The translations under genes were made by a program, and so were the position numbers. This document shows positions 1 through 10,301 of a stretch of 64,000 nt of DNA, piece by piece. The notes beneath the pieces were generated by a model. The model made no database searches. It was not told where the DNA came from and saw only the letters and a list, made by a program, of their open reading frames with translations. How positions within the stretch are numbered: the first letter of the stretch is position 1; every line of letters starts with the position of its first letter. The stretch covers positions 10,965-74,964 of the forward strand of contig JBGAWK010000007.1 in NCBI GenBank assembly GCA_044227665.1, written 5' to 3'. Origin of the DNA: Chitinophagales bacterium (GTDB lineage: Bacteria; Bacteroidota; Bacteroidia; Chitinophagales; JADIYW01).

Positions 1-2
1 AA

Positions 3-770
3 GTGCGCATCCCTACTCAGATAAACAGCAATAGTAAAATTGAGGCTATAGTAGAAGGTCAGCAGACGATAGCCCTGACCGTAGATACTAATTATGTGAA
101 AACATATAAGAAACTACCCACCATACACCAAAGCAGCTTGCTGCTATATGGGCTACAGTACCAGTACTATAATGTAGATAATTTTTTGCTGCCGCAAAAA
201 GGATTTCGTGGCACACTGAAATTCCAGATGGGAACAAGGAATATAAAGCCATCGTCCAAAGTACTTTCACTTCAGGATGCCTCAGGTTTTGATTTCAGAA
301 CAATCTATGACAGTATAAATAAGAATAAACTGAATATCAATACAGAATGGTCATTGGAATACTATTGGAAAATTCACAAATCTTCTGTTCTGAAATTTGC
401 AGATGTAGGCAAATTTATTTCTAATAAATCTATGCTTCGCAATGAGATGTATAGGGTAGGAGGTGCCACCCTCTTGAGGGGATTTGATGAAGAGGCATTC
501 CTCGCAGCTATCTACAATGTAAGTACCATAGAGTATAGATATCTGATTCAGAATAATAGCTACCTATACATATTTTCTGATTTGGGCGTGCTGCGTAGGA
601 AAGAAAATGGCATTTTAACTAAAAATCTACCCGTAGGCTTCGGTGCAGGCATGTCATTTGAAAGTAAAGCAGGTATATTTGCACTCAGTTATGCTATGGG
701 TAAAGCTTCGGGACAACCGCTGGATTTTAGGAACAGTAAAATCCATATTAGCTATATTACTGTTTTTTAG
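3..770 (+). CDS. Omp85/BamA-TamA family outer-membrane protein, C-terminal barrel part (5' end outside window)
   Basis: LLRGFDEE (Omp85 RGF-type motif), amphipathic strands GFGAGMSFES/IFALSYAMG and a C-terminal Phe. The frame is open at the window edge. Confidence 0.75.
   Translation: MRIPTQINSNSKIEAIVEGQQTIALTVDTNYVKTYKKLPTIHQSSLLLYGLQYQYYNVDNFLLPQKGFRGTLKFQMGTRNIKPSSKVLSLQDASGFDFRTIYDSINKNKLNINTEWSLEYYWKIHKSSVLKFADVGKFISNKSMLRNEMYRVGGATLLRGFDEEAFLAAIYNVSTIEYRYLIQNNSYLYIFSDLGVLRRKENGILTKNLPVGFGAGMSFESKAGIFALSYAMGKASGQPLDFRNSKIHISYITVF
674..681 (+). promoter_or_regulatory. Bacteroidota -7 promoter box TATATTTG inside the end of the Omp85 gene
   Basis: Matches TAnnTTTG and lies 9 nt upstream of the in-frame ATG at 691. 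Confidence 0.4.
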
Positions 771-1581
771 TATAGCAAATAGGGTTTCAGCTATAGATGC
801 ACTACATGCTTACGATACCACATACATAAATACCATATTGACTGACATCTCTAATGACTCCTTGTGGAGGCAGAACATAGGTGTCATATCTTCTGTCGCA
901 GAGTGCAATAAGGCACAGAATGCCATAGAAAGCTATAGGACTACAATACCCTTTTCGCTTGTCTATCTGATAGTGTTAATAATGCTTACATTAGCAATAA
1001 TTATCAAATATTTTTATAGTGATTATTATATGGTAGTGATACCGTCGGCTCTTAGTATGAAGGTGTATGCCCAAAATCTTCATCTCAAAAAGGTGATACC
1101 TTTTATCCCTAATCTACTGATGTATGTTATAAGAGTATTAGGTATTACTATGATTGTGGAGGTACTTCTAAGGGTATTTTTTCCAGAGTTCCATCTGCCC
1201 TTGGGTTACAAATTCATGGGTGTATTAGGATTCTTGGGAATTCTAAATATTGCAGAATATATCTTGAATAAGTTGGTATATGAAGGAGATACCTACGTCA
1301 TGCATTTTTATCAAAAGCAAATCATACAAGTAATTGTAATGATAATAGCTATACCTATGGTGTTATATATCCTAAAGGAGCCTACAAATATTACTATCTA
1401 TTTCGTTTATACACTAATAATTACGTTGATATCCCAATATTTGATACTAGCGTGGCGATGGATGATTTTGCTTAAATTACAAAAACCATATCAATTGTTG
1501 TATTATTTTATATACTTTTGCACCCTAAAACTGATTCCTATTTTAATAATTGCAAGATGGGTAAGTAATTTTGATAATTAG
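691..1581 (+). CDS. DUF4271 family membrane protein (start uncertain; track gives 643)
   Basis: Multiple TM segments, C-terminal YFIYFCTLKLIP motif, and the usual position upstream of hemD-porP-gldK in Bacteroidota. Confidence 0.7.
   Translation: MLWVKLRDNRWILGTVKSILAILLFFSIANRVSAIDALHAYDTTYINTILTDISNDSLWRQNIGVISSVAECNKAQNAIESYRTTIPFSLVYLIVLIMLTLAIIIKYFYSDYYMVVIPSALSMKVYAQNLHLKKVIPFIPNLLMYVIRVLGITMIVEVLLRVFFPEFHLPLGYKFMGVLGFLGILNIAEYILNKLVYEGDTYVMHFYQKQIIQVIVMIIAIPMVLYILKEPTNITIYFVYTLIITLISQYLILAWRWMILLKLQKPYQLLYYFIYFCTLKLIPILIIARWVSNFDN
1513..1520 (+). promoter_or_regulatory. -7 box TACTTTTG embedded in the DUF4271 3' end, candidate hemD promoter
   Basis: Matches TAnnTTTG about 70 nt upstream of the hemD ATG at 1592. 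Confidence 0.45.
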
Positions 1582-1591
1582 GTTATCAATT

Positions 1592-2395
1592 ATGGGTGAA
1601 AATATTAATAGTTTGACGATAGAGGAGGCGGCACAAAAACCCGTTAAGTCCATCTTAATATCCCAACCCAAACCCGAGAATGGCAAGTCTCCATTTTTGG
1701 ATTTAGCAACAGAGTTTAAGATGAAAGTTGATTTTAGACCTTTCATACATGTAGCAGGAGTAGAAGCAAAAGATTTTAGGAAGTCAAAAGTATATATAGA
1801 TCAAGTAAAGTGCGTAATTCTCACCAGTCGCAATGCCATTGAGAATTATTTTAGATTATGCGAAGAGATGCGTATAAAGGTGGCCGAGGATACCAAATAT
1901 TTTTGTATCAGCGAAGCCATAGCATTGTACCTACAGAAATTTATTCAGTATCGAAAGCGAAAAGTTTTCTTTGGCGACGGTAAGTTGCCCAAGCTGATTG
2001 AAGTTATTCTCAAACACAAAGACAAGACCGACGGTAACTTTTTACTGCCTTGCTCTGATGTCCGTGACCAAAATATGATAGACCTGCTAAGGAAAGCTAA
2101 TATTAGTTTTGAGGAAGCTGTTATGTTCCGTACTGTAGTAAGCGACTTGTCGGATCTCAAAGAGGTGAAATATGATATGTTGGCATTTTTTAGCCCTATG
2201 GGTATCACATCCTTATTTCAGAATTTCCCTGATTTCGAGCAAGGTGCTACACGTATTGCTGCCTTTGGTGCTACTACCCATGAAGCGCTGAAAGAAAAAA
2301 AATTACGCTTAGATGTAATGGCACCTACACCAGAGAATCCTTCTATGGCGGGGGCGATAAAGGCATATATCCAAAAAGCGAATAAGAAGAAATAG
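1592..2395 (+). CDS. hemD: Uroporphyrinogen-III synthase (Bacteroidota type)
   Basis: VKSILISQPKPE, VDFRPFIHV and LAFFSPMGI motifs. ATG 1592 is preferred over TTG 1571. Confidence 0.85.
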   Translation: MGENINSLTIEEAAQKPVKSILISQPKPENGKSPFLDLATEFKMKVDFRPFIHVAGVEAKDFRKSKVYIDQVKCVILTSRNAIENYFRLCEEMRIKVAEDTKYFCISEAIALYLQKFIQYRKRKVFFGDGKLPKLIEVILKHKDKTDGNFLLPCSDVRDQNMIDLLRKANISFEEAVMFRTVVSDLSDLKEVKYDMLAFFSPMGITSLFQNFPDFEQGATRIAAFGATTHEALKEKKLRLDVMAPTPENPSMAGAIKAYIQKANKKK

Positions 2396-2450
2396 TTTTT
2401 CTTGCAATTAATTCCATTTTCAATGTTTTTCCTGCATATTTGTAAATATT

Positions 2451-3413
2451 ATGACTAGATTTTTAGGCATAGTCGGCATATTTATAATGCATACAGCAGT
2501 GGCACAATTCAGCCCCGCCACATCGCATTATATGCTTACCGGCAGTATCAGGCAGCCAGGATTATGGGGTGCTGAATCTGCCATAAATCTTTTAGCCAAT
2601 ACAAGGTATCAATATGCAGGTATAGAGGGAGCACCCATACAAGCCAATATTGCAATATCTTCGCCCATACCTTATGCGAAGGGGCATGGGGTAGGAGGCG
2701 AGTTGCTTTATGACCAACTAGGTAGTTATAGATTCTTGATGCTAAACGGAGGCTATAATTATGCTTTTGTAAAAGAAAAGTTTACCATAGGTGCCGGAAT
2801 ATCGTTAGGGATAAAATATACTAGATTTGACGGCACTAAAATCATTACCCCTAGCGGAGATTATACATCAGGATACCAGCACAATGATCCGGCACTTCCA
2901 CAGAATGTGGAGGGGTCTATAGTGCCTTCCATTACCTTGGGAATTGGATTTAGCAGTAAGCTAATTACCCAGCAAATAGTTTATAGTGATTTATTCTCTG
3001 ACAACATCACAGCATTGCAAGATAAAAGTTCAGTAAACTATGGAAAAACGCTGTATTCCTTAACAAAGTTTAACATAGGATTTGGACGAGATTTTGGGCT
3101 GGAACCCAGCATGTATATAGGGACTAATTTCAAGCAGTTTCAGCACATTATAGGTATTATGGTGCTCTACAAAAGTCGCATAGGATTAGGTATTTATAGT
3201 AGAGGTTATACCAAAAATTCCTTTGAATCGTTAATACCTATTGTGAGAGCAAAAGCCTTTAAAAATATGACTTTTCAGTACAGTTATGATGCATTGGTAA
3301 ATGGTTTGCAAAAAGCGTCATCAGGCACACACGAACTTTCTGTAATATATTCCCTGCCAAAATCTTGGCAGAAGTATTATGGCAAGACAATAAATAATCC
3401 AAGATACTTATAA
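2451..3413 (+). CDS. PorP/SprF family type IX secretion membrane protein
   Basis: Signal peptide, RYQYAGIEGAP, YSYD and SSGTHELSVIY motifs. Directly upstream of gldK. Confidence 0.85.
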   Translation: MTRFLGIVGIFIMHTAVAQFSPATSHYMLTGSIRQPGLWGAESAINLLANTRYQYAGIEGAPIQANIAISSPIPYAKGHGVGGELLYDQLGSYRFLMLNGGYNYAFVKEKFTIGAGISLGIKYTRFDGTKIITPSGDYTSGYQHNDPALPQNVEGSIVPSITLGIGFSSKLITQQIVYSDLFSDNITALQDKSSVNYGKTLYSLTKFNIGFGRDFGLEPSMYIGTNFKQFQHIIGIMVLYKSRIGLGIYSRGYTKNSFESLIPIVRAKAFKNMTFQYSYDALVNGLQKASSGTHELSVIYSLPKSWQKYYGKTINNPRYL

Positions 3414-3452
3414 AATGAGCGAACAGAAGTCAAGAGCTATTGTACAGTTAAA

Positions 3453-3469
3453 TATATTTGCTATTTTTG
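3453..3469 (+). promoter_or_regulatory. Two adjacent -7 boxes (TATATTTG, TATTTTTG) upstream of gldK
   Basis: TAnnTTTG at 3453-3460 and 3462-3469, followed by an A-rich leader to ATG 3510. Confidence 0.5.
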
Positions 3470-3509
3470 TTAGCTAAACCAATCAAAAGAAAGTTTTAAA
3501 GAATAAAGA

Positions 3510-4790
3510 ATGAAAACTATCAAGAAATTACTTACCGTTGCTACATCAGCTTTACTGATTGTAAGTTGTAACAAAGGCAGTACTGATAATGGTCAGTTGG
3601 TAGGTGCCAAAGAAAGACCCGAATGGGACGGCAAGCTTATGCCTTACGGCATGGTCTATATCCCTTCAGGTACTTTTCATACAGGTCCTGGCGATCAAGA
3701 CATTACGTATGCTCTTATAGCAAAGAGTAAGCAAATTTCTATCGTAGGTTTCTATATGGATGAGACGGAGATTACCAATAACGAATATCGTCAGTTTACG
3801 GATTGGGTTAGAGACTCTATAGCACACAAAATGATTGGTGGAGAGCATTTGGCAGAGAGTGACAATGGCGGACAGCAATATATCAATTGGGAAATGCCTA
3901 TAGATTGGTCTAATGATGGAGAAGATGCCCAATACCTAGAAAGCATGTACTATTCCGAAGCCGACAGATTGTATGGCAGAAAAGAACTGGATCCTCGCAA
4001 ATTGGAATTTGAATATCAGTGGGTAAGATGGAAAGACATGGCCGATCCTGCCAATAAAAATAAGCCTAGAAGCTCCTTTATAGAAAAGAAAAAGCTAAAT
4101 ATTTGGCCTGATGAGATGTGCTGGATACGTGATTTTACCTATTCTTATAATGAGCCCATGACTAGGTCTTATTATTCTCACCCTGCCTATGACGATTATC
4201 CAGTAGTAGGTGTAACTTGGGAGCAAGCCAATGCTTTTGCCTATTGGAGAACTACCTTGTGGAATAACTTTAGAGAAAAAAATGGGGAAGCTTTCGTAGA
4301 AGAAATGCGCTTACCCTTTGAGCATGAATGGGAATATGCTGCAAGAGGAGGAAGAACATCTTCTCCATATCCTTGGGGTGGCCCTTATATTCGTAACTCC
4401 AAAGGATGTTTGTTAGCAAACTTTAAGCCCGGCAGAGGTAATTATCCCGAAGATGGTGGTTTCTATACCGTATCTGCATATTCTTACTGGCCTAATGATT
4501 ACGGTCTTTATAATATGTCTGGCAACGTAGCAGAATGGACACTTTCTTCATTCTATGAAAATGCCTATTCTTTCATGCATGATATGAATCCTGATATAAG
4601 ATACGACGCTAAGCCGGACGATCCTTCTTCTATGAAGAGGAAAGTAATCCGTGGTGGTTCTTGGAAGGATATAGGTTATTTCTTACAGACAGGTACGCGT
4701 TCTTGGGAATACCAAGATTCTGCAAAATCTTACATAGGTTTCCGTTGTGTAATGCCATTCATGGGTAGAAGCATCAATGACTTTAAGTAA
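3510..4790 (+). CDS. gldK: Gliding motility/T9SS lipoprotein GldK (PorK), FGE-sulfatase fold
   Basis: Lipobox LLIVSC; FYMDETEITNNEYRQF, YPVVGVTWEQA, GLYNMSGNVAEW, RGGSWKD and IGFRCV motifs; operon context. Confidence 0.95.
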   Translation: MKTIKKLLTVATSALLIVSCNKGSTDNGQLVGAKERPEWDGKLMPYGMVYIPSGTFHTGPGDQDITYALIAKSKQISIVGFYMDETEITNNEYRQFTDWVRDSIAHKMIGGEHLAESDNGGQQYINWEMPIDWSNDGEDAQYLESMYYSEADRLYGRKELDPRKLEFEYQWVRWKDMADPANKNKPRSSFIEKKKLNIWPDEMCWIRDFTYSYNEPMTRSYYSHPAYDDYPVVGVTWEQANAFAYWRTTLWNNFREKNGEAFVEEMRLPFEHEWEYAARGGRTSSPYPWGGPYIRNSKGCLLANFKPGRGNYPEDGGFYTVSAYSYWPNDYGLYNMSGNVAEWTLSSFYENAYSFMHDMNPDIRYDAKPDDPSSMKRKVIRGGSWKDIGYFLQTGTRSWEYQDSAKSYIGFRCVMPFMGRSINDFK

Positions 4791-4876
4791 TATTAACGAT
4801 TACCTTATATATTTTCTATAGTAATTTTTCGTTCAATTTAAAACCATAAACAAAAAACAATAAAACTATTTTAATC

Positions 4877-5677
4877 ATGGCATCATTATTCAAATCCAAA
4901 CAATTCAAGTACTTCAAAAATTTCGTTTTCGGGGTAGGAGCAGCTGTAGTTATCATCGGTGCACTAGGAAAGCTTACGCATCAACCGTGGGCATCCGCAG
5001 CATTGTGGGTAGGGCTTATCACTGAAGCATGTCTTTTCACTATGTCAGGCATTGTTCCACCAGAACCAGATTATTACTGGGATAAATATTATCCGGGCTT
5101 GAGTGATCCAGATGGTATCGCTGCGGCAGGTGCTGTAGCTGTAGGCGGTGGAAGTGGCAAGAGTTCTACTGCTGAATTGGACAAAATGTTGGACAAAGCT
5201 AAAATAGACCAAACATCAATAGATAGATTGGGTGAAAACTTGAAAAGATTGGGTGACAATGTGAATTCTTTGTCTTCTGTAGCATCTACAAGTGCTGCTA
5301 CTGAGGAATTTTCTAAGAAAGCCAAAGAAGCCGCAGCAGCTCTAGGCGGAGTTTCTCCATTATTCAGTAATGCTGCTCAAGCTATGGGAACATTGGCAGG
5401 TTCTACTACAGAAATGGGCAAATTTCATGGAGAAGTACAAAATGCTACAAAAAACCTTGCAGCACTTAATGCCGTTTATGAAATGGAATTGCAAGATACC
5501 AATAATCACCTAAAAGCTATGAATAAATTCATTGGCAATCTAGGTACTGCCATGACTAATCTCGAAGATTCTATGAATGATACGGCTAAGTACAAAGAAG
5601 GCATGAGCAAATTGGCCGGTAATATTGAAAAACTTAATACTGTTTACGGCAATATGCTTACTGCTATGCGTTCATAA
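4877..5677 (+). CDS. gldL: Gliding motility/T9SS motor subunit GldL (PorL)
   Basis: Two N-terminal TMs (GAAVVIIGALGKL, GLITEA), NLAALNAVYEMELQ and a C-terminal VYGNMLTAM. Confidence 0.95.
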   Translation: MASLFKSKQFKYFKNFVFGVGAAVVIIGALGKLTHQPWASAALWVGLITEACLFTMSGIVPPEPDYYWDKYYPGLSDPDGIAAAGAVAVGGGSGKSSTAELDKMLDKAKIDQTSIDRLGENLKRLGDNVNSLSSVASTSAATEEFSKKAKEAAAALGGVSPLFSNAAQAMGTLAGSTTEMGKFHGEVQNATKNLAALNAVYEMELQDTNNHLKAMNKFIGNLGTAMTNLEDSMNDTAKYKEGMSKLAGNIEKLNTVYGNMLTAMRS

Positions 5678-5723
5678 GCCTTGTAATGTATAAATTTTAG
5701 TAATTAAATAGGAGGACAATACA

Positions 5724-7295
5724 ATGGCTATACCTAAGGAGAACAGGCAGATGATGATTAACCTGATGTATCTGGTACTCACTGCATTGTTGGCTTTGAA
5801 CGTATCGGCTGAGATACTCAACGCTTTCAATGTGATTGATAAGAGTATGAGAAATTCAGGTAAGATCGTAGATATCAAAAACAAAGCTGTATTTAACGGC
5901 TTTGCAGCACAAAAATTAAAAGAACCGGGAAATGCAAATATCCCGAAATATGAGGGTTTTGCTCAGCAAGTAATTACAATGTCACAAGAATTACAATCGT
6001 ACATTGATGACTTACAAAAAGAATTGCTAGAAGCAGCAGGAGGCGTAAGCGAGGAAGATGGTCTTATGAGCAAAAAGGATGATGTAGATATTCCTACAGC
6101 CTTATTAGTAGATGGAGCAAAAGGTAAAGGTGACGGTAAAGCATTTGCACTTAAAGCTAAGATTGACGAAACTAGAAAAAAAATGTTGGCTTTTGTAGAT
6201 CCAGCTGATTTAGCCGACTTTGAAGGAAGGTTTACACTCAGCACTAAGCCTATAGTGCCAGCTAAAGGTCAGGATAAAGCCGACTGGGTACGTGAGAATT
6301 TTGCTCAGATGCCCGCTATAGCTGCACAAACCATGCTTACTAAGACAGCTCAAGACGTAAAAAATGCTGAGGGTCAAATGTTGGATTATTTATACAGTAA
6401 AATAGGATCTTCACAAGCATTAAAGCCTGAGGAAGTAGTATTTGATGTATTTTCAGCAAGAATTACTGCACCCTCTACCTATTTGATGGAAGGAGAAGCT
6501 TTTGAAGCAGATGTATTTTTAGCAGCAAGTAGCTCAGGAACTAAAGATAAAGTTAGAATTACTGTTAATGGTTCAGGATTGCCAGTTAATAACGAAGGCG
6601 TTGCAAAATACCGTGCAGTATCGGGACTAGGAGAACATTCAGTAAATGGTTCTATTACAGTAGTAAATGACCGTACAAATCAGTCTAAGTCATATCCGCT
6701 AGAGCCTCTGAAATATACTGTGGCAGCTCCTACAGCAGCGATATCCTTGGATAAAATGAATGTATTCTATATCGGTGTAGATAACCCTGTATCAGTAAAT
6801 GCTGCGGGTGTACGTACTGCTGACCTGAATGTAACTATGACAGCGGGTTCTATTAGTGGCAACAACGGTAAATATACTGTTCGTGTTACTGCTCCTGGTA
6901 AAACAAATGTGTCTGTAACCTCATCTAAAGGAAAATCTTTGGCTAATAAAGAATATCGTATCAAGTATATTCCGGATCCAGAGCCTCGCGTAGGAAATAA
7001 GAAAGCAGGTGGTATGCCTGCAGGAGAGATGAAAGCTCAAATGGGTGTAGCTGCTATCCTTGAAAATTTTGACTTTGATGCTAAATTTGAAGTATTAAGT
7101 TTTAATGTAGGTATCGCTGCGAAACGTGAGGATTTTGTCCTTATTCCAAACTCTGGTCAGGTATTTTCGAGTGCTGTAAAAGCAGCATTGTCTAAAGTTA
7201 AGCCTGGAGATGTGGTATATGTAGAAGAGATAAAAGTGAGAGGTCCTGATGGGATGACACGTAAACTCTCTAGTATAGCTTATAAATTAATGTAA
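5724..7295 (+). CDS. gldM: Gliding motility/T9SS motor subunit GldM (PorM)
   Basis: PKENRQMMINLMYLVLTALLALNVSAEILNAF and KMNVFYIGVDNPVSV motifs. Confidence 0.95.
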   Translation: MAIPKENRQMMINLMYLVLTALLALNVSAEILNAFNVIDKSMRNSGKIVDIKNKAVFNGFAAQKLKEPGNANIPKYEGFAQQVITMSQELQSYIDDLQKELLEAAGGVSEEDGLMSKKDDVDIPTALLVDGAKGKGDGKAFALKAKIDETRKKMLAFVDPADLADFEGRFTLSTKPIVPAKGQDKADWVRENFAQMPAIAAQTMLTKTAQDVKNAEGQMLDYLYSKIGSSQALKPEEVVFDVFSARITAPSTYLMEGEAFEADVFLAASSSGTKDKVRITVNGSGLPVNNEGVAKYRAVSGLGEHSVNGSITVVNDRTNQSKSYPLEPLKYTVAAPTAAISLDKMNVFYIGVDNPVSVNAAGVRTADLNVTMTAGSISGNNGKYTVRVTAPGKTNVSVTSSKGKSLANKEYRIKYIPDPEPRVGNKKAGGMPAGEMKAQMGVAAILENFDFDAKFEVLSFNVGIAAKREDFVLIPNSGQVFSSAVKAALSKVKPGDVVYVEEIKVRGPDGMTRKLSSIAYKLM

Positions 7296-7305
7296 TCATT
7301 AGATA

Positions 7306-8223
7306 ATGAAAAAAGTATTCATCACATTTTTCTTCTTCTCATCTGTGTATATTTTTGCACAGGATGATGCAGGGACTACAGAAGTAGAAACCAGTACTAC
7401 TACAGAAACTACAAGTGAGCAGCCTGCTCCAATGTTGACTTCCTCTACACCTAATGCTACCAAAAATACAGAAATTATGGCATTGCCTTGGGTACAAGAA
7501 GTTACTGGGCAGCGATTAGCTTTGGCTTATGAAAATATAAGAGAGGCCGATGTGTTTTGGTCTAAGATAGTTTATCGCGTAATTGATGTACGTGAGAAGA
7601 TGAACTTACCTTTTTCTTGGCCTAAGCGACCATTTATCAATGTGGTGCTGGATGCGGTAACGAATGGTTCTGTACCTGCTTTTGCTTCCAATGATGATGA
7701 ATTTACTACTCCATTGAGTCCACAGGAGGCAGCAGCAGCCGGTGGTGCCGGTGGTTTTGACTCTATAAGTGTCTTTAATCCTGTTACAGAGGTTTACGAA
7801 ACTTCTGTAATTCAGAGAGAAGTAAACTGGGAAAACGTAAAGAAATATCGTGTGAAAGAAGTATGGTATTTTAATAAGCAAACTTCTACAATGATGGTAC
7901 GTATTATGGCTATAGCTCCCGTATTGGATAGCTATGATGAATATGGTAATTATCGTGGTCAGCAGGCTTTGTTTTGGGCATATTTTCCGGCATTGAGAAA
8001 TACACTCGTTAAGGAACAAGCTTTCAATCCACTTCCTGATGGTGTAAAAATGAGCTGGGATGATATGTTTGCTTTACGCTTATTTTCTAGCTATATCTAT
8101 AAAGAAGAGAATGTATTGGATGAGAGAGTTCAGGATAGATGGACAGGTATAGATGCCTTATATGAGTCAGAAAGAATTAAGGAGAAAATCTTTAACTTCG
8201 AGCATGACCTTTGGGAATATTGA
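7306..8223 (+). CDS. gldN: Gliding motility/T9SS protein GldN (PorN)
   Basis: IREADVFWSKIVYRVIDVREKMNLPF, KEVWYFNKQTS and a C-terminal FNFEHDLWEY. Confidence 0.95.
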   Translation: MKKVFITFFFFSSVYIFAQDDAGTTEVETSTTTETTSEQPAPMLTSSTPNATKNTEIMALPWVQEVTGQRLALAYENIREADVFWSKIVYRVIDVREKMNLPFSWPKRPFINVVLDAVTNGSVPAFASNDDEFTTPLSPQEAAAAGGAGGFDSISVFNPVTEVYETSVIQREVNWENVKKYRVKEVWYFNKQTSTMMVRIMAIAPVLDSYDEYGNYRGQQALFWAYFPALRNTLVKEQAFNPLPDGVKMSWDDMFALRLFSSYIYKEENVLDERVQDRWTGIDALYESERIKEKIFNFEHDLWEY

Positions 8224-8239
8224 TATTTCTTAATAGTAT

Positions 8240-8273
8240 AAAAAAAGGCTGCCATTCTTGGCAGCCTTTTTTT
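8240..8273. terminator. Bidirectional intrinsic terminator between gldN and trpG
   Basis: A7-GGCTGCCA-TTCT-TGGCAGCC-T7: a perfect hairpin with a U-tract on both strands, between convergent genes. Confidence 0.9.
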
Positions 8274-8349
8274 ATTACGCTCTTCGTCTTCAATATAATA
8301 GCTTCAAATTTAGAACCTTCAGCAAGACAATTAGCTAGCTACCCTTTCA

Positions 8350-8916
8350 TTAAGAATATTGCAGCCAATTTTCTAGAATCTTCATGCCTGTAGGAGTCAT
8401 AATGGATTCGGGATGAAATTGGACACCTCTTACATCATAATCCTCGTGTCTAATTGCCATAACAACCCCTTCATCATCTGTAGCCGTAGTAATTAGAGGC
8501 TTTTTAATGTCTCTAATAGCCCAAGAGTGGTAGCGGCCACTATCAAAATTATTTTCTATACCTTGGAATAATATATCTTGCTCCATGACTATAGTATTTC
8601 TTTTTTTGCCATGCACTACCTTGCCAATATTATATAACTCTGCGCCAAATACTTGTCCTATCGCTTGATGTCCCAGACATATTCCCAAAATCTTTTTCGT
8701 CGGGGCATATTCTTGAATTATGGGTATCAATAAGCCCGCTTCTTCTGGGATGCCAGGACCGGGAGATAGAACAATGTGGTCATAAGCACCCACTTCTTCG
8801 AGGGTGATTTTATCATTTCTATAGATATCTACTTCTGCACCTAATGCCTCCATATAGTGTACTACATTGTAGGTGAAAGAGTCATAATTGTCTATCATTA
8901 GTACTTTTCTGCTCAT
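8350..8916 (-). CDS. trpG: Anthranilate synthase component II (glutamine amidotransferase)
   Basis: IDNYDSFTYN, LSPGPG, LGICLGHQ and GVQFHPES motifs. ATGA overlap with trpE. Confidence 0.9.
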   Translation of the reverse strand: MSRKVLMIDNYDSFTYNVVHYMEALGAEVDIYRNDKITLEEVGAYDHIVLSPGPGIPEEAGLLIPIIQEYAPTKKILGICLGHQAIGQVFGAELYNIGKVVHGKKRNTIVMEQDILFQGIENNFDSGRYHSWAIRDIKKPLITTATDDEGVVMAIRHEDYDVRGVQFHPESIMTPTGMKILENWLQYS

Positions 8917-10301
8917 AACTTACAAGCTACCTCCAGTGCTCTATTTAGTGCCATTAATTTATTTTCTACCTCTTGTAATTCGCTCTCTGGTTTGGAATCT
9001 GCCACTACACCTGCTCCTGCCTGATAATGCAATACATTATGTTGTGCAAAGAAGGTTCTTATCATTATGGCATGATTGTAATCTCCATTGAAGCCAAGAT
9101 ATCCTATAGCCCCACCATAGTATCCTCTAGCCGTAGGCTCTATGTTATCTATTAGTTGTAGTGCTTTATATTTGGGAGCACCACTTAGTGTTCCGGCAGG
9201 AAATGTATCTCCCATCATCTTTACTTTATTTTGCAGTGCAGATACTTTAGCACTTACTTTTGATACTAGATGAATCACATGGGAGTAGTACTGGACTTCT
9301 TTAAAAACCTCTACGTTCACATGTTTTCCTGTCCTGCTGAGGTCATTCCTCGCCAAATCCACCAGCATAATATGTTCTGCATTTTCTTTTTCATCTAAGC
9401 TTAATTTTAGTGCCAAGGCAGCATCTTGCTCGTCATTGCCCGTTCTACGGAAAGTTCCTGCAATGGGGTGAATGGTTACTTTTTCACCTTTTACTATTAA
9501 TTGGGATTCTGGAGATGAACCTAGTAATTGATAATTTCCATAATCAAAATAGAAGAGATAAGGAGAAGGATTTATACTTCGCAAGGCTCTATATACTTGA
9601 AATATATCTCCCGAGAATCCTTGATAGTATCTTCTTGACAATACAATCTGAAACACATCTCCACGGTAGCAGTGTTCTATTCCTTTGATTACACCTCGAA
9701 GATAGCTTTCATCTGTATGGTTTGAGGATTTGAGTCCCTCTAAATTAAAGTTTTGTATTTCTACATCTTTAGTGAGTATAGTAATAAATTGCTCTATATC
9801 GGGTATCTCGCTGCTGTCAATACTATGTCTTAATAGAGTCACTTGATGATTGAAGTGATTATAAGCAACTATAAAGTGGTATAAGTGATAGCATAGCGCC
9901 GGTAACGTGTCTTCAATTTTTTCTAGTCTTATATCTTCAAAATAGGGTATAGCATTGTAGGTAGTATAGCCGAAAAGCCCATTGGTAATATGAGGTGCAT
10001 CTATAGTTTCAAAAATGAAATTATTTAGAAAGTCATTAATCTTTTCGGGATAATTATCGTGATTGACATGAACGTAATCACTTCTATCAGGATATTGATA
10101 ATGTAGATTGTGTAGATTGTCTATTTCAAAGCCGGCATAAGGCATACAGCATATATAGGAATAAGTATGCTCGTTACCATGATAGTCAGAACTTTCGAGT
10201 AGTATTGCCTTGCCAAAATGTTTGCGTACAGCCATATACATAGAAACGGGCGTAAGGGTGTCGCCCAAAAATTTCTTTTGTATAGTATTTATTTTGTACA
10301 T
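8913..10301 (-). CDS. trpE: Anthranilate synthase component I
   Basis: LLESSDYH, GDVFQIVLSR, NPSPYLFY, KENAEHIMLVDLARNDL and FPAGTLSGAPK motifs. Confidence 0.9.
   Translation of the reverse strand: MYKINTIQKKFLGDTLTPVSMYMAVRKHFGKAILLESSDYHGNEHTYSYICCMPYAGFEIDNLHNLHYQYPDRSDYVHVNHDNYPEKINDFLNNFIFETIDAPHITNGLFGYTTYNAIPYFEDIRLEKIEDTLPALCYHLYHFIVAYNHFNHQVTLLRHSIDSSEIPDIEQFITILTKDVEIQNFNLEGLKSSNHTDESYLRGVIKGIEHCYRGDVFQIVLSRRYYQGFSGDIFQVYRALRSINPSPYLFYFDYGNYQLLGSSPESQLIVKGEKVTIHPIAGTFRRTGNDEQDAALALKLSLDEKENAEHIMLVDLARNDLSRTGKHVNVEVFKEVQYYSHVIHLVSKVSAKVSALQNKVKMMGDTFPAGTLSGAPKYKALQLIDNIEPTARGYYGGAIGYLGFNGDYNHAIMIRTFFAQHNVLHYQAGAGVVADSKPESELQEVENKLMALNRALEVACKL

Noticed and set aside
2451..8223. porP-gldKLMN as a novel system
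   Set aside because: This is the well-known T9SS/gliding core in its usual order.
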